A stretch of 64,000 bases of DNA from Chiloscyllium plagiosum (taxonomy: Eukaryota). A program made the position numbers and the translations under genes. The notes under the pieces were generated by a model. That model had not been told where the DNA came from and searched no databases. It worked only from the letters and a program-made list of their open reading frames with translations. Location of the stretch: assembly GCF_004010195.1 (NCBI RefSeq), contig NC_057758.1, forward strand, positions 4,516,793-4,580,792, read 5' to 3'. Below are positions 13,810 through 26,505 of this stretch, in pieces. Numbering within the stretch: position 1 is the first letter of the stretch; each line of letters begins with the position of its first letter.

Positions 13810-15345
13810 GGTTGGTAAAACAGCCATCAGGGAGCATCCAGGAGTGGGAGAGTCGAAGTTCCAAGCATATTCTCTTCATCAGGAATGTGAGGAGACCCAA
13901 GGGAGCTGAGAGATCAATGGTTGGGGGTGCACTGGATGTGAAGTAGCTGGGAATGCAATAGGTAATAGAAGCTTGCGGCGTGATTGTGTAAGATTCGAGT
14001 GGTGGGTAGACTAGGTGGAATGGAAGGAAGATGTACAGGCAGGACAGTCCAAGAAGGTGGCACGAATTTATTGGGCTGAATTTGGGATGAGGTGGGTGAG
14101 GACAGAATAAGAAACTGGTGAAATCGACGTCCATCCCACGTAGTTGGAAAGTCCAAAGGTGGACCGTGAGTATGTTTTCCTCCAGTCGGCGGATGGCTGG
14201 AATCTGGCACAGGAGGTGGCCAGGGACTTGCATGTCCTTGGCATGGTGGAAGATGGAGTTGTTTCTTACATGCCTCTCACCGATCTTCTCTGAAACGTTC
14301 CACAAGTTGCTGTTCTATCTCCACGATGTTGAGAACACATTGGGAGCAACGAACACAATAGATAACGCGTATTTCGGTCCAGGAAATATTGTGTCACATA
14401 TGGAAGGATCGGTTGTGGCCTTCGACGGGTGTGCGAGTAAAGGTGTGGGCAAAGGTTTACACATCTTGCGGTGGCATGAGAACGTGCTGAGAATGAAGGA
14501 TGAATTGGTGGGGGACATGGACACAACAAGGGACTTGTGGAGCAAATAGTCTGTGTGGAACACAGAAAAGGGGGGGAGTAAAATATATCGCTGGTGGTTG
14601 TGTCAGATTGTAGGTGGCAGAAATGGCGGAGGATGACACGTTGTAATTGAAGGTTGGTGGCTGCAAAGTGATGACGGAAGGGAGGGGGCAGCGATTCTGT
14701 CCTTAATGCGATTGGAGGAATGGGGTACAAGGGCGGAGTTGTGCGGTGTGGAGGAGATGTGATGAATGGGAATGTTGACAATTTAAGGAGGAAAATTGCA
14801 TTCCTTGAAGAAGGAGTCCATCTGAAACTATGGTCGAATTGGTCGTCTTGGGAGCAGATAATTTGGAGGTGGCTGAATTGCGAGTCAAGGATAACGTTTT
14901 GAAAGGAGGTGTAATCGATGTAGCTTTGGGAGTCTGTGGGTTTGAAGTCGATGTCCGTGTTGAGTCAGTCGCCATTAACTTGGACTGGACAGGTCCAGGC
15001 AGGGTTAGGAGGTGTTCTAAATGAATGAGGTAAACTTGAGATGAGGGTGGAAGTTGTTCGTGAGATGATGCAGTGTCCACCACCTCTGAACTTGAGATAA
15101 GGGTGGAAGTTGTTCGTGAGATGATGCAGTGTCAACCACCTCTGATAGCGCAGGCTGGCGCTAATGCAGTTATCAATGTAGTGGAGGAAATGTTTGTGAA
15201 CAGTGATGGTGTTGCCGAGGAAGATGGACTGCTCCACATCCACGATGAGGAGGGAGAAATAGCTTAGGCCCAAGCGGGTGCTCACCGCGACCGCTTTCGT
15301 CGAGAGGAAATGGGAGAATTCGAAGGAGTAATTGTTGAGGATATA
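13810..15345 (-). mobile_element. Penelope-like retroelement remnant (RT to C-terminal GIY-YIG region)
   Basis: Minus-strand LNNYSFEFSHFLSTKAVAVSTRLGLSY...HYIDNCI (YIDDCIG in copy B), and the C-terminal RRLEENILTVHLWTFQLRGMDVDFTSF. The terminus near 13810-13890 has a decayed hammerhead-like motif. Confidence 0.75.
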
Positions 15346-15798
15346 ATCATCATCCATATGAGTCAATCTGAACACTATCGTAGACATTCATGGTTTTGCC
15401 ATCACTGAGGTGTCCATGTAACCACCCTGGAGGTTACCACTGTCCACAAACTCATGTGAACAAATCACAGAAAACCAGTGACTGCAAGCTAAGGTCAGAC
15501 ACTATGAATATTGCGACGTGGAACTCACCTTCTGACTCCCCAAACCTATCCAACGTCTAAAACTTACAAGCCATGAATGTAATGGAATACTCCCCAATAC
15601 TTTGGATTAATGCAGTCCATCAACATTCAAGAAGAATGGCCACATACTTGACAGGGTAATCATTTGATTTGCACTCCATTAACAATACTCGACTCCCTGC
15701 ACTAGCGACTGTATATAGTTTGTAAAATGCACAGCAGCAATGAACCAGAGATCCTCAGAGAGGGCTTTTCCTACCCTCAGCTACTTGTATTCGAATAT

Positions 15799-16135
15799 GG
15801 GGGGCACAGTGGTTAGCACTGCTGCCTCACAGCGCCAGAGACCCGGGTTCAATTCCCGCATCAGGCGACTGTCTGTGTGGCGTTTGCACGTTCACGCCGT
15901 GTCTGCGTGGGTTTCCTCCGGGTGCTCCGGTTTCCTCCACAGTCCAAAGATGTGCAGGTCAGGTGAATTGGCCATGCTAAATTGCCCGTAGTGTTAGAAA
16001 AGGGGTAAATGTATGGGTGGGTTACGCTTCGGTGGGTCGGTGTGGACTTGTTGGGCCGAAGGGCCTGTTTCCACACTGTAATGTAATAAAAAAAGTAATC
16101 TAATGTAATCTAATCTAATCTAATCTAATCTAATA
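15799..16135 (+). mobile_element. tRNA-derived V-SINE (HE1-like), full length
   Basis: Head GGCACAGTGGTTAGCACTGCTGCCTCACAGCGCCAGAGACCCGGGTTCAATTCC with A-/B-box-like motifs, V-domain-like GGGTTTCCTCCGGGTGCTCCGGTTTCCTCC, LINE-like 3' end GGGCCGAAGGGCCTGTTTCCACACTGTA, and a (TAATC)n tail. Confidence 0.88.
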
Positions 16136-16330
16136 ATTAATGACACGAGAGCAGCTACTTTGGATCACCAACAACTTCCAGTTTCCCTCGAAGCCACTTG
16201 CCATAATGACTTGGAAATATTTTGCTGTTCCTTCACTGTTGCTGAATGGACATGCTGGAATTCCCTCCCTTACCTCCGTATGGGTCAGACCAAAACAGTT
16301 GGAAAGGTTCAATAAGTTATCTTTCCACAA

Positions 16331-16440
16331 CAATTGCCCGTAGTGTTAGGTAAGGGGTAAATGTAGGGGTATGGGTGGGTGGCGGGTCGGTGTGGACTTG
16401 TTGGGCCGAAGGGCCTGTTTCCACACTGTAAGTAATCTAA
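16331..16440 (+). mobile_element. 5'-truncated HE1-like SINE
   Basis: AATTGCCCGTAGTGTTAGG...GGGCCTGTTTCCACACTGTAAGTAATCT repeats the 3' part of the SINE at 15799. Copies at 40611-40720 and 44533-44642. Confidence 0.85.
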
Positions 16441-16764
16441 AAAAACCGAACGAACAAGTTGACTAGTCAACGATGGCCACATCCCACAGATGAATTTTAT
16501 AAAATACCAAGCCGTGTCGAAATCCGAACTCGTTATACTCTAGATATTTGTACAAAAATCGTTGGAGGCCGGGCGAGCAGTCGCAATTCTAAATTCAGTA
16601 AAATGTCGACTCCTTTGTTCCATTGATTTCAAATCTGCGGTGCCTTAAGATGATGTTATATGGTGATATGAACAAAACGAGCAATCATTTGCACAACTTA
16701 AAGTTTGAATGTCGTCTCAGTCAATCGAACAGCATTGACATGGGGCACTATCGATTTCAACTGG

Positions 16765-16978
16765 GAGAAAGTAGAGGAATGCAGATGCTGGAGATCAGAA
16801 TGGACAGATTGGTGCCGAAAACGCATAGCAGATCAGGCAGCAGACAAAAAGCAGCAGAATCCAATTTTCAGTCAAACGCCTTTCCTGATGATCCGCAGTC
16901 TTGATGAAGGGTTTTACCCGAAACCTCAATTCTCCTGCTCCTCGGATGCTGCCTAATGTACTGTGTGTTTCCAGCATT
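16765..16978. mobile_element. Inverted pair of Penelope-type terminal repeats
   Basis: Left arm GCAGATGCTGGAGATCAGA...TCAGGCAGCA... faces right arm TTGATGAAGGGTTTTACCCGAAAC...GGATGCTGCCT...TTTCCAGCA. Copies at ~44967-45180 and, partially, 41033-41099. Confidence 0.6.
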
Positions 16979-17544
16979 AGTCAATCGGCTATCGATTTCA
17001 GATGTACTTTCGACCTGTACAGGTGGTCAAGATGTATCAACCCAGTGTCAAACTTTTCAGGAAGTCCACATAAATGTGTTAAGAGGTGGATTGTCTTGAA
17101 TAAGAGGACAAAGCTTTGGAATTCACAAAAGTTATCGAAATCTACCTTTAACTGTGATTGCCCAGAGCAGAAGAAAGGACACGGTGGTTTGAATGATGTA
17201 ATCATGATTCTCCAGGCATCATATTGTGATGTTGCAGCTTTTCGTTACTCTTCAGAATATTCATCAGTAGAGAACATTGATAGGCTACACTACTGTCGAA
17301 TTCATTTCCAGCTGAGTAAGTCTAATCTGTGCTATTCATGGGACTCAACGCATTTGTGGACGGGTCATACATTATTTGATCACAAGATGAGACATATAAT
17401 ATTTTTGGAAGAGGGAACAGATGTTCAACGTCACATTACCTCGATTTGTTCATATCGGTTGGAAAGTCATAATCTGACTGGCTTCCTTTCACAAAATGCT
17501 TATTTTTAGAAATCGTTATATATAACTTCGATCGTTGCAATACA

Positions 17545-19325
17545 CAATAGACAATAGGTGCAGGAGCAGGCCATTCTGCCCTTCGAGCCTGCACCACCAC
17601 TCATTATGATCATGGCTGATCATCCTCAATCAGTATCCTGTTCCTGCCTTATCTCCATAACCCTTGATTCCACTATCATTGAGAGCTCTCTCCAATTCGT
17701 TCTTAAACAAATCCAGAGACTGGGCCTCCAATTCCTTCTGGGGCAGAGCATTCCACACAGTCACCACTCTCTGGGTGAAGAAGTTTCTACTCATCTCTGT
17801 CCTAAATGGCCTTCCCCCTTATTTTTAAGCTGTGTCCTCTTGTTCGGGACTCACCCATCAACGGAAACATGTTTCCTGACTCCAGAGTGTCCAATCCTTT
17901 AATAATCTTATATGTCTCAATCAGATCCACTCTCATTCGTCGAAACCCAAGGGTGTACAAGCCCAGTCCTCCAATTTTTCAACATAAGATAGTCACGCCA
18001 TTCCAGGAATTGACATCATGAACCAACGCTGCACTCCTCAATAGTCAGAATGTCTTTCCTCAAATTTGGAGACCAGAACTGCACACAATATTCCAGGTGC
18101 GGTCTCACCAGGGCCCTGTACAGCTGCAGAAGAACGTCTTTACTTCGATACTCAATCCCTCTTGTTATGAAGGCCAGCATGCTATTAGCTTTCTTCCCTA
18201 CCTTCTGTACCTGCATGCTTACCTTCATTGAATGGTGTACAAGAACAACCAGATCTCTTTGTCATGCCCCTTTACCTAACCTGACTGCTTTTAGGTAGTA
18301 ATCTGCTTTCCTGTTCTTACCACCAAAGTGGATAACCATAAATTTATCCACACTAAACTGCATCTGCCATGCATCTGTCCACGAACCTAACCTGTCCATG
18401 TCACCCTGTAATCTCCTAAAATCCTCCTCACATTTCACCCTGACACCCAGCTTTGTATCATCAGAAAATTTGCTAATGTTACTATTAATACCATCTTCTA
18501 TATCATTAATGCATATTGTAATAAGCTGTTGTCCCAGCACTGATCCCTGCGGTACCGCACTGGTCACCGCCTGCCATTCCAAAAGGGAGCCGTTTATCAC
18601 TACTCTTTGCTTCCTGTCCAGCCAACCAATTTTCAATCCAAGTCAGTACTTTGCCCCCAATTCCATGCACCCTAATTTTGCTCACTAACCTCCTACGTGG
18701 GACTTCATCAAAGGCTTTCTGAAAGTCCAGGTACACCACATCCACTGGATCTCCCTTGTCCATCTTCAGTGTTACATCCTCAAAGAATTCCAGAAGATTA
18801 GTCAAGCATGATTTCCCCTTCATAAATCAATGCTGACTCTGATATATCCTGTTACTGCTCGCCAGATGTGTCGTAATTTCATCCTTTATAATTGGCTCCA
18901 GCATCTTTCCCAGCACTGAGGTCAGCCTAACTGGTCTATAATTTCCTGATTTCTCTCTCGCTCCTTTCTTAAAAAAGTGGTACAACATTAGACACCCTCC
19001 AATCCACAGGAACCGATCCCGAATCTATCGAACTCTGGAAAATAATCACCAACGCATCCACAATTTCTAGAGCCACCTCCTTCAGTACCCTGGGATGCAG
19101 ACCATCAGGCCTCGGGGACTTATCAGCCTTCAGATCTAACAGTCTCTCCAACACCAATTCCTGGCAAATATAAATTCCCTTCAGTTCAGGACCTTCAGCC
19201 ACTGTTACCTCTGGGAGATTGCTTGTGTCTTCCCCAGTGGGCAGAGATCTGAAGTACCAATTCAATTCTTCTGCCATTTCTTTGTTCCCCGTAATATATT
19301 CCCCGGTTTCTGTCTGCAAGTTCAA
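17545..19325 (-). mobile_element. 5'-truncated CR1 LINE (ORF2 RT and 3' UTR), relatively young
   Basis: Minus-strand KSPRPDGLHPRVLKE, KGKSCLTNLLEFFEDVT...VYLDFQKAFD, VPQGSVLG...KFSDDTKLG and LYRALVRPHLEYCVQFWSP, with frameshifts. Paralogous pieces at 41413-42929, 45755-46233 and 47088-47286. Confidence 0.93.
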
Positions 19326-20041
19326 CTAATGTTTTCAGCGAGTCCCTATCTCGCATTCATATATTCCCGTTGACATATTCCATGCAGTTTCTTAAATTAT
19401 TCAATATTATTTCAAACATTGAATGATTTACCGGATGAATTACATGTTCCACCAAATACATTGGAGGGAATATTATTCAGTGCTGTATTTTATACCTTGA
19501 CCTCTTCAGGCTGTGATTATCACTGATGAACATTTACAAATCTGTTCCGCACAATTACTATAGAAGGTTCGACGTCTGTGCCCAATGCTCCAGTTTTTAG
19601 TGTCATTAGTTACTGCAGACATTCCGCGACTGTTACACAAATCGGTTGTATATCTTCTAAAATGCACAAATCATCCTGCTCCAATCGACATTGGGGAGCA
19701 AGTGGTTAACTGAACCTGTTTGTTCTGAGACTAATTAATGTTAGCTTATTTTGCTCATTACCATATTCAAGGCTTTATCGTCAGCCGCCAAGAATGTGAA
19801 AAACACACGGTAGGCTTCTGACTTTCTATTAATAGCGTATTTCCCTCAATCTACGACCAATTTCGAGCAAACTGGGAACTGTGAATCCAAAAAGAAGAAG
19901 AGGCCATTCGGAGTGAAGTTTGAATCCTCCACCAATTGAACAATACCTAATGCAACAGATATAAATATTTTCATAATAGATGAGAAGCGGCATTTGAATG
20001 TGACAGAAGTGGATGATACTCCATGAAGAGTGATTTGGGAG

Positions 20042-20231
20042 ATGATCACAACGGATCTCAATATGACAACCTTAAGTCAGAATGTGATAATCATCAACAG
20101 GAGCTTATACTATGCAGTTCACGTACTTTCCACACGTTATGACAAACTAGCAATAAATTGGCGAGTATATTACAGTCTTCGAATTATACAAGCAGGATAT
20201 TATCCAATGCTGGCAATTGTTGGTCTCCCTG
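20042..20231 (+). pseudogene. GPR139-like GPCR copy A, coding exon 1 (intact exon 1a)
   Basis: ATG at 20042 gives MITTDLNMTTLSQNVIIINRSL...IIQAGYYPMLAIVGLP, with N-glycosylation sequons (NMT, NRS) and the start of TM1. Canonical donor G|GTGAGT at 20231/20232, phase 1. Confidence 0.85.
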
Positions 20232-21477
20232 GTGAGTCAATTTATCTGTTTTCCTTTATCTCTTAAGTCTGTGAGACGTTTATATCTACAAAACATTAGA
20301 AATCTGAGCAGGTCAAGTTCAATGGTTTCAATCTAGTTTTAAAATGCTCCTCGCTGGAGACAGTCTGAACTGCACATGAATCAATATTCTAGCATAAACC
20401 CTCAATGCATTAGACTTGTTCATCCAGATATTTCTAACCAATCTGCTTAAATATGTCATTCTCTATCTCTCAAGGAGTTAGGATTTGAATGCGTGTGTTC
20501 TGGCTCCGATGTTGGAATCTAACTGTACATCACAGGAGACATGATCGGATATCCATTTCAACAAAAACTTCGCGCATTCACTCTCGAATGATATACCACA
20601 CATTCAAATCTCAATTATTCCATGCACATCTGCGGACGTCATCTGGCAAAGCAATTGAACATCACTAATATTTAACCATAGTTTTCCCCGTTCGAGTTCT
20701 CAATTTAAAATCTAACCAGCTCGTATATATTGCATCTCTCCAAAGTAACATCCCGAAATAAATCAATCAACACCTCACAGTAGGTCAGACATTTTATCAT
20801 GTTTTTGTTTATTTTGCGAATTTTCATTTGACTCAAAAAATCTGCTATTCCTCCCTTCGCTGATCATGTCATTGCCGAACTGATTTGAACATTTATCTTA
20901 AGGCAGAATGTTTGTAAAGTATAGGCAACATCGTATGAATGAAGACTTATATGGATTGAGTCAGTGGTTGCACTTTTAAAATGCAATCTTCACACTGTCC
21001 CAGTCATAGTGCAGTGTAAAGATTGGATCCTTGTACATGACAAATGTATCACACAAATCATTATTGTACTTATGTAATTGTGAAATTTCATGCCATCAAC
21101 CCGGCGCCTAACTCTCGGTAGTGTCAATCCTCTAATAATTTGTTCAGCCTCCAAAATTTTCCATATGCCCCTAATTTGTCTTGCTGAACCTATTTGTAAT
21201 AGTGCTCTATATTTTGCGCTGACCATAATTTTAGTGAATGGAACAACTACTGAATGCAATGCTGTCCAGGTCAGAAACTGGGAGTTGGTCCAGGTTGCCC
21301 AGGCAGCCGCTGCCACAGATGTTGTTGTGCTGTGGACAACACGATTCATCCCTGTCAATGTTACTTGTTTTATTCGAATATTTTCGATGATATTATTCTA
21401 ATTGCTTATGTATGATGTTTTGGACTCGAGGGTACTGAGGATTTCGGAAGAATACTCCAATTTAAGTTAAAACCTTG

Positions 21478-21915
21478 GAACATAGAACATAGAACATTAG
21501 AGCGCAATACAGGTCCTCCAACCATCGATTTTGCGCCGACCCGTGGAAACAATCTGAAGCCTATCTATCCTACACGGTTCAATTTTCCTCCATATGTTTA
21601 TCCAATGACAACTTAAATGCCCTTAAAGGTATCGAATCTAATACAGTTGCAGGCTAGAGGTTCCACACCTCTACTTGAGTAAAGAAACTATCTCTGACAT
21701 CCGTCCTGCATCTACCATCTCTCAATTTAATGCTATGTCCCCTCGTGCTAGCCATAACCATCCACGGAAATCTCTCATTTTTACCCAATCTCACCCTCTG
21801 ATTATCTTGTACGTCTCAGGCAAGTCACCTCTCAACCTTCTCTCTCATGAAAACAAAATCAAGTCTCTCAGCCTTTCATCACAAGACCTTTCATCCATAC
21901 CATGCAACAGCCAAA
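21478..21915 (-). mobile_element. CR1 3'-end fragment
   Basis: Begins with CATAGAACATAGAAC, the reverse complement of a CR1-type tail. The duplicate at ~24108-24545 translates as TRGHSIKL...RDSFFTQVEVWNLLP, the CR1 ORF2 C-terminus. Confidence 0.8.
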
Positions 21916-22688
21916 GAAAACCCCTCTGAACCCTTTTTTGTTGCAAACCATGATTTCGTTTTAGATCAATCACAGGAATTCGACAATTTAATGGTTTTAT
22001 CGGTATTTTTTGTTCATCTCTGGTTACCCTTGAGAATGTGTGCAGATGATTGTGTCGACAATGCACACTGCTCCTGTTCAACTATGGTATTCTAGGATGT
22101 GTACGATCGTAGATTTGTTGTCAATCAAGCTGGATGCTTTGTCCTGGATAGCGGCAAGCTTCTTGAATGCTGTAGCTAGTCATTTGAAAAAGAAATGATA
22201 GTCAGAGGTGTGAAACAAACACAGGTAATTTTGGAGAAATTGAAACCTCACTGAGCAGATAAAGGAAGAGATCACATTTCTGGTGATGTGAGCCTTATTC
22301 AGAATGACTCACACTGTCTCATCATACTCCTGACGTATCCCTTGCCGACGGATGAACGACGTTGTGGGAATGCAAACAGTAGGATTCTTAGCTTGTGACT
22401 TGCTCCCGAAGCGCCTACTTGCCAATGACTATTTCCGTCAGTATCTGGTCAATGGCATCCACCAGGATTTTGGTAGCAAGGGTTTCAGTGCTTGTGACTT
22501 CAGCAAATATCAACGGACACTGGTTATGTTGTCTCCTGTTGGTGAGAATCGGAGCTGGTCATTTGTGTGGCAGATAAGTTATTATTTACAACGTATTAGA
22601 TTCAGCACATTGATTTGCCAGGTCTTGGCGCACTTGGCAATGGAATAGTGCATGGCTGCAGACTGAACTTTATTGATTGTTTGGGGAG

Positions 22689-22877
22689 ATGATCACAACG
22701 GATCTCAATATGACAACCTTAAGTCAGAATGTGATAATCATCAACAGGAGCTTCTACTATGCAGTTCACGTACTTTCCACACGTTATGACAAACTAGCAA
22801 TAAATTGGCGAGTATATTACAGTCTTCGAATATACAAGCAGGATATTATCCAATGCTGGCAATTGTTGGTGTCCCTG
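22689..22877 (+). pseudogene. Duplicated exon 1 (1b) of the GPR139-like gene, frameshifted
   Basis: Near-identical to 20042-20231, but CGAATATAC instead of CGAATTATAC (1-bp deletion) and donor GTGACT instead of GTGAGT. Confidence 0.85.
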
Positions 22878-25319
22878 GTGACTCAATTTATCTGTTTTCC
22901 TTTATTTCTTAAGTCTGTGAGACGTTTATATCTGCAAAACATTAGAAATCTGAGCAGGTCAAGTTCAATGGTTTCAATCTAGTTTTAAAATGCTCCTCGC
23001 TGGTGACAGTCTGAACTGCACATGAATCAATATTCTAGCATAAACCCTCAATGCATTAGACATGTTCATCCAGATATTTCTAACCAATCTGCTTAAATAT
23101 GTCATTCTGTACCTCTCAAGGAGTTAGGATTTGAATGCGTGTGTTCTGGCTCCGATGTTGGAATCTAACTGTACATCACAGGAGACATGATCCGATATCC
23201 ATTTCGCCCATTCCCTCTCGAATGATATACCACACATTCAGATCTCATTTATTCCATGCGCATCTGCGGACGTAATCTGGCAAAGCAATTGAACATAACT
23301 AATATTTAACCATATTTTTCCCCGTTCGAGTTCGCAATTTAAAATATAACCAGTTCGTGTATATTGCATCTCTCCAAAGTAACATCCCGAAATAAATCAA
23401 TCAACACCTCACAGTAGGTCAGACATTTTATCATGTTTTTGTTTATTTTGCGAATTTTCATTTGACTCCAAAAATCTGCTATTCCTCCCTTCCCTCATCA
23501 TGTCATTGCCAAACTGATTTGAACATTTATCTTAAGACAGAATGTTTGTAACGTATAGGCAACATCGTATGAATGAAGACTTATACGGATTGACTCAGTG
23601 GTTGCAGTTTTAAAATGCAATCTTCACACTGTCCCAATCATAGTGCAGTGTAAGGATTGGATCCGTGTACATGACAAATGTATCACACAAATCATTATTG
23701 TACTTATGTAATTGTGAAATTTCATGCCATCACCCGGCACCTAACTCTTGGTAGTCTCAATCCTCTAATAATTTGTTCAGCCGCCAAAAATTTCCATATG
23801 CCCCTAATTTGTCTTGCTTAACCTATTTGTAATAGTGCTCTATATTTTGCGCTGACCATAATTTTAGTGAATGCAACAACTGCTGAATGCAATGTCAGGT
23901 CAGAAACTGGGAGATGGTCCAGGTTGCCCAGGCAGCCGCTGCCACAGATGTTGTTGTGCTGTGGACAGCACGATTCATCCCTGTCAATGTTGCTTGTTTT
24001 ATTCAAATATTTTCGATGGTATTATTGAAATTGCTTATGTATGATGTTCTGGACTCGAGAGTACTGAGGATTTCGGAGGAATACTCCAATTTAAGTTAAA
24101 ACCTTGGAACATTGAACATAGAACATTAGAGTGCAATACAGGTCCTCCAACCATCGATTTTGCGCCAACCCGTGGAAACAATCTGAAGCCTATCTATCCT
24201 ACACGGTTCCATTTTCCTCCATATGTTTATCCAATGACAACTTAAATGCCCTGAAAGGTATCGAATCTAATACAGTTGCAGGCAGGAGGTTCCACACCTC
24301 TACTTGAGTAAAGAAACTATCTCTGACATCCGTCCTGCATCTACCATCTCTCAATTTAATGCTATGTCCCCTCGTGCTAGCCATTACCATCCAAGGAAAT
24401 CTCTCATTTTGGCCCTATCTCACCCTCTGATTATCTTGTCCGTCTCAGACAAGTCACCTCTAAACCTTTTTCTCTCTCATGAAAACAGCCTCTCAAGTCT
24501 CTCAGCCTTTCATCACAAGACCTTTCATCCATACCACGCAACAGCCAAAGAAATCCCCTCTGAACCCTTTTTTGTTGCAAACCATGATTTCATTTTAGTT
24601 CAATCAAAGGAATTCGACAATTTAATGGTTTTATCGGTATTTTTGTTCATCTCTGGTTACCCTTGAGAATGTGTGCAGATGATTGTGTCGACGATGCACA
24701 CTGCTCCTGTTCAACAATGGTATTCTAGGATGTGTACGTTCGTAGATTTGTTGTCAATCAAGCTGGATGCTTTGTCCTGGATAGCGGCAAGTTTCTTGAA
24801 TACTGTAGCTAGTCATTTGAAAAAGAAATGATAGTCAGAGGTCTGAAACAAACACAGGTAATTTTGGAGAAATTGAAAACTCAGTGAGCAGATAAAGGAA
24901 GAGATTGCATTTCTGGTGATGTGAGCCTTATTCAGAATGACTCACACTGTCTCATCATACTCTTGACGCATCCCTTGCCGACGGATGAACGACGTTGTGG
25001 AAATGCAAACAGGAAGCAGCTCGCTGTAGGATTCTTAGCTTGTGACTTGCTCCCGAAGCGCCTGCTTGCAAATGGCAATTTCCGTCAGTATCTGGTCAAT
25101 GCCATCCACCAGGATTTTGGTAGCAAGGGATTCAATGCATGTGACTTCAGCAAATATCAACGGACACTGGTTATGTTGTCTCCTGTTGGTGAGAATCGGA
25201 GCTGGTCATTTGTGTGGCAGATAAGTTATTATTTACAACGTATTAGATTCAGCACATTGATTTGCCAGGTCTTGGCGCACTTGGCCATGGAATAGTGCAT
25301 GGCTGCAGACTGAACTTTA

Positions 25320-26505
25320 TTGATTGTTTGTTTGATTTATTGTTGTCACGTACACTGAAATACAGGGAATAGTGTTATTTTGATTTGTATACAACAATAA
25401 ATGCATGAAGGGCCCAGAATTGTGTGCAGAATATCCCAGTGACAGCAAATGCACAGAAAGCGTGGGATCAGAATTAATTTTTTTTGGAGGGGGGATGCGA
25501 TTAATTAAGAATTTCGAATTCAGCGCGGAAAATTTATTCTTAAACATGTTCGTACATGTATTCAACCTTGCTATCTTCTGCCCGACAGAACGGTATGGAA
25601 GTGAGGAAAAGCGGGATGGGATGGGAGTTTGATTATGTCCCTTACTTTCCCGAAGGAACAGGAAGTACAAATGGAGTTTGTGGAGGGAGGACTGGTTTGC
25701 TGGATGACCTTGGTATTGTTCGGAATATTCTTGTGGTGCTGGGAAGACCAGTGGCCAAGCCATGCTGTGAAGCATCGAGGTAGAATTCTTTAAATGGTGG
25801 GTCTATAATAATACACGGGTAACAACCGTGTATTTCGTGAACCTTCTGAGGAAGTAGCGACGTTGTTGTGCATTCGTGACCGTCGCATAGACTTGGATGA
25901 CCAAGGCCTGTTTCTTAGTGTAATCACTCACAGAATCTTGACATTCTCGACCATCTTCAACTTTGCACCACTGATGTAGACAAATGCACGCCCCCTAGTC
26001 CGTTTCCTGAAGTCAATGGCCACTTTTTTTTCATTTTACTGTCATTAATGGAGCAATCGTTGTATTTACATCACGTCACTAAGCACTTAATTTCTTTCTT
26101 GTCTTCTGTATCAGCGTTGTTTGAGAGTAGATCGACAGCGGTGGAGTCGTCAGCAAACCTGTAAATGGAGATTTTTGGAATTTGTCCACACACCTCTGAA
26201 TGCCCGAGGAATATAGTCAAATGCTAGTTTCGCAGTTTTGCAGAGCAACGGTGTGAGATTATGGTGGAGGACGTGCCGTCATCTCTTCTGTTCTATCCGT
26301 TAGAAAGTTAAGGTTTTAGTTACAGCCGGTGGATCTGTGACCTCCTGGTTGAATGTAGAGATGTGTTGGTTTCGAATTATAATGTTGAAGGCAGAAATGT
26401 CATTCAACAATACTATTTTGATGTGGATATGCTTGTTATCCAGATAATCCAGGGATTTGCGTAGGGCCAGAGAAATGGAGTGTATTCTGCACCTGAAGTC
26501 ACCAA
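25320..26505 (-). mobile_element. Rex/Babar-type LINE, 3' half
   Basis: Minus-strand SISLALRKSLDYLDNKH...SAFNII, IYRFADDST (~26140-26166), and TVTKAQQHLYFLRR in copy B (ORF 50340). Copy at ~50020-51214. Confidence 0.8.

Larger units (their letters stand above)
13080..16330 (+). mobile_element. Degenerate CR1/L2-group LINE, interrupted by a Penelope-like element and a SINE
   Basis: ORF 13174 SAIKQQVLRNNLISNAPFGFHQDKS...TWTKERNS...IKAAW resembles the RT QFGF region, and ORF 13382 IPQRSVLCQTTFSCFI resembles PQGSVL. Homology appears to resume at ~15345-15790 and ~16140-16330. Copy at ~37423-40610. Confidence 0.65.
20030..25330 (+). repeat. ~2.65-kb tandem duplication containing GPCR exon 1 (copy A only)
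   Basis: Exon 1 ATGs at 20042 and 22689 give a period of 2647. Junction at ~22677-22685 (TTATTGATTGTTTG/GGGAGATG). Confidence 0.93.

Noticed and set aside
15799..15860. tRNA gene
   Set aside because: The A/B-box-like head continues into a SINE body and tail and is repeated several times; it is SINE-derived.
16901..17509. 202-aa ORF (187 aa in the paralog at 45103) as a gene
   Set aside because: It starts within a repeat at a non-ATG codon, has no recognisable domain, and its persistence is explained by recent duplication.
22190..22310. Additional degenerate Penelope-type terminus or minus-strand hammerhead
   Set aside because: Only a loose resemblance; the core and stem II cannot be assigned confidently by eye.
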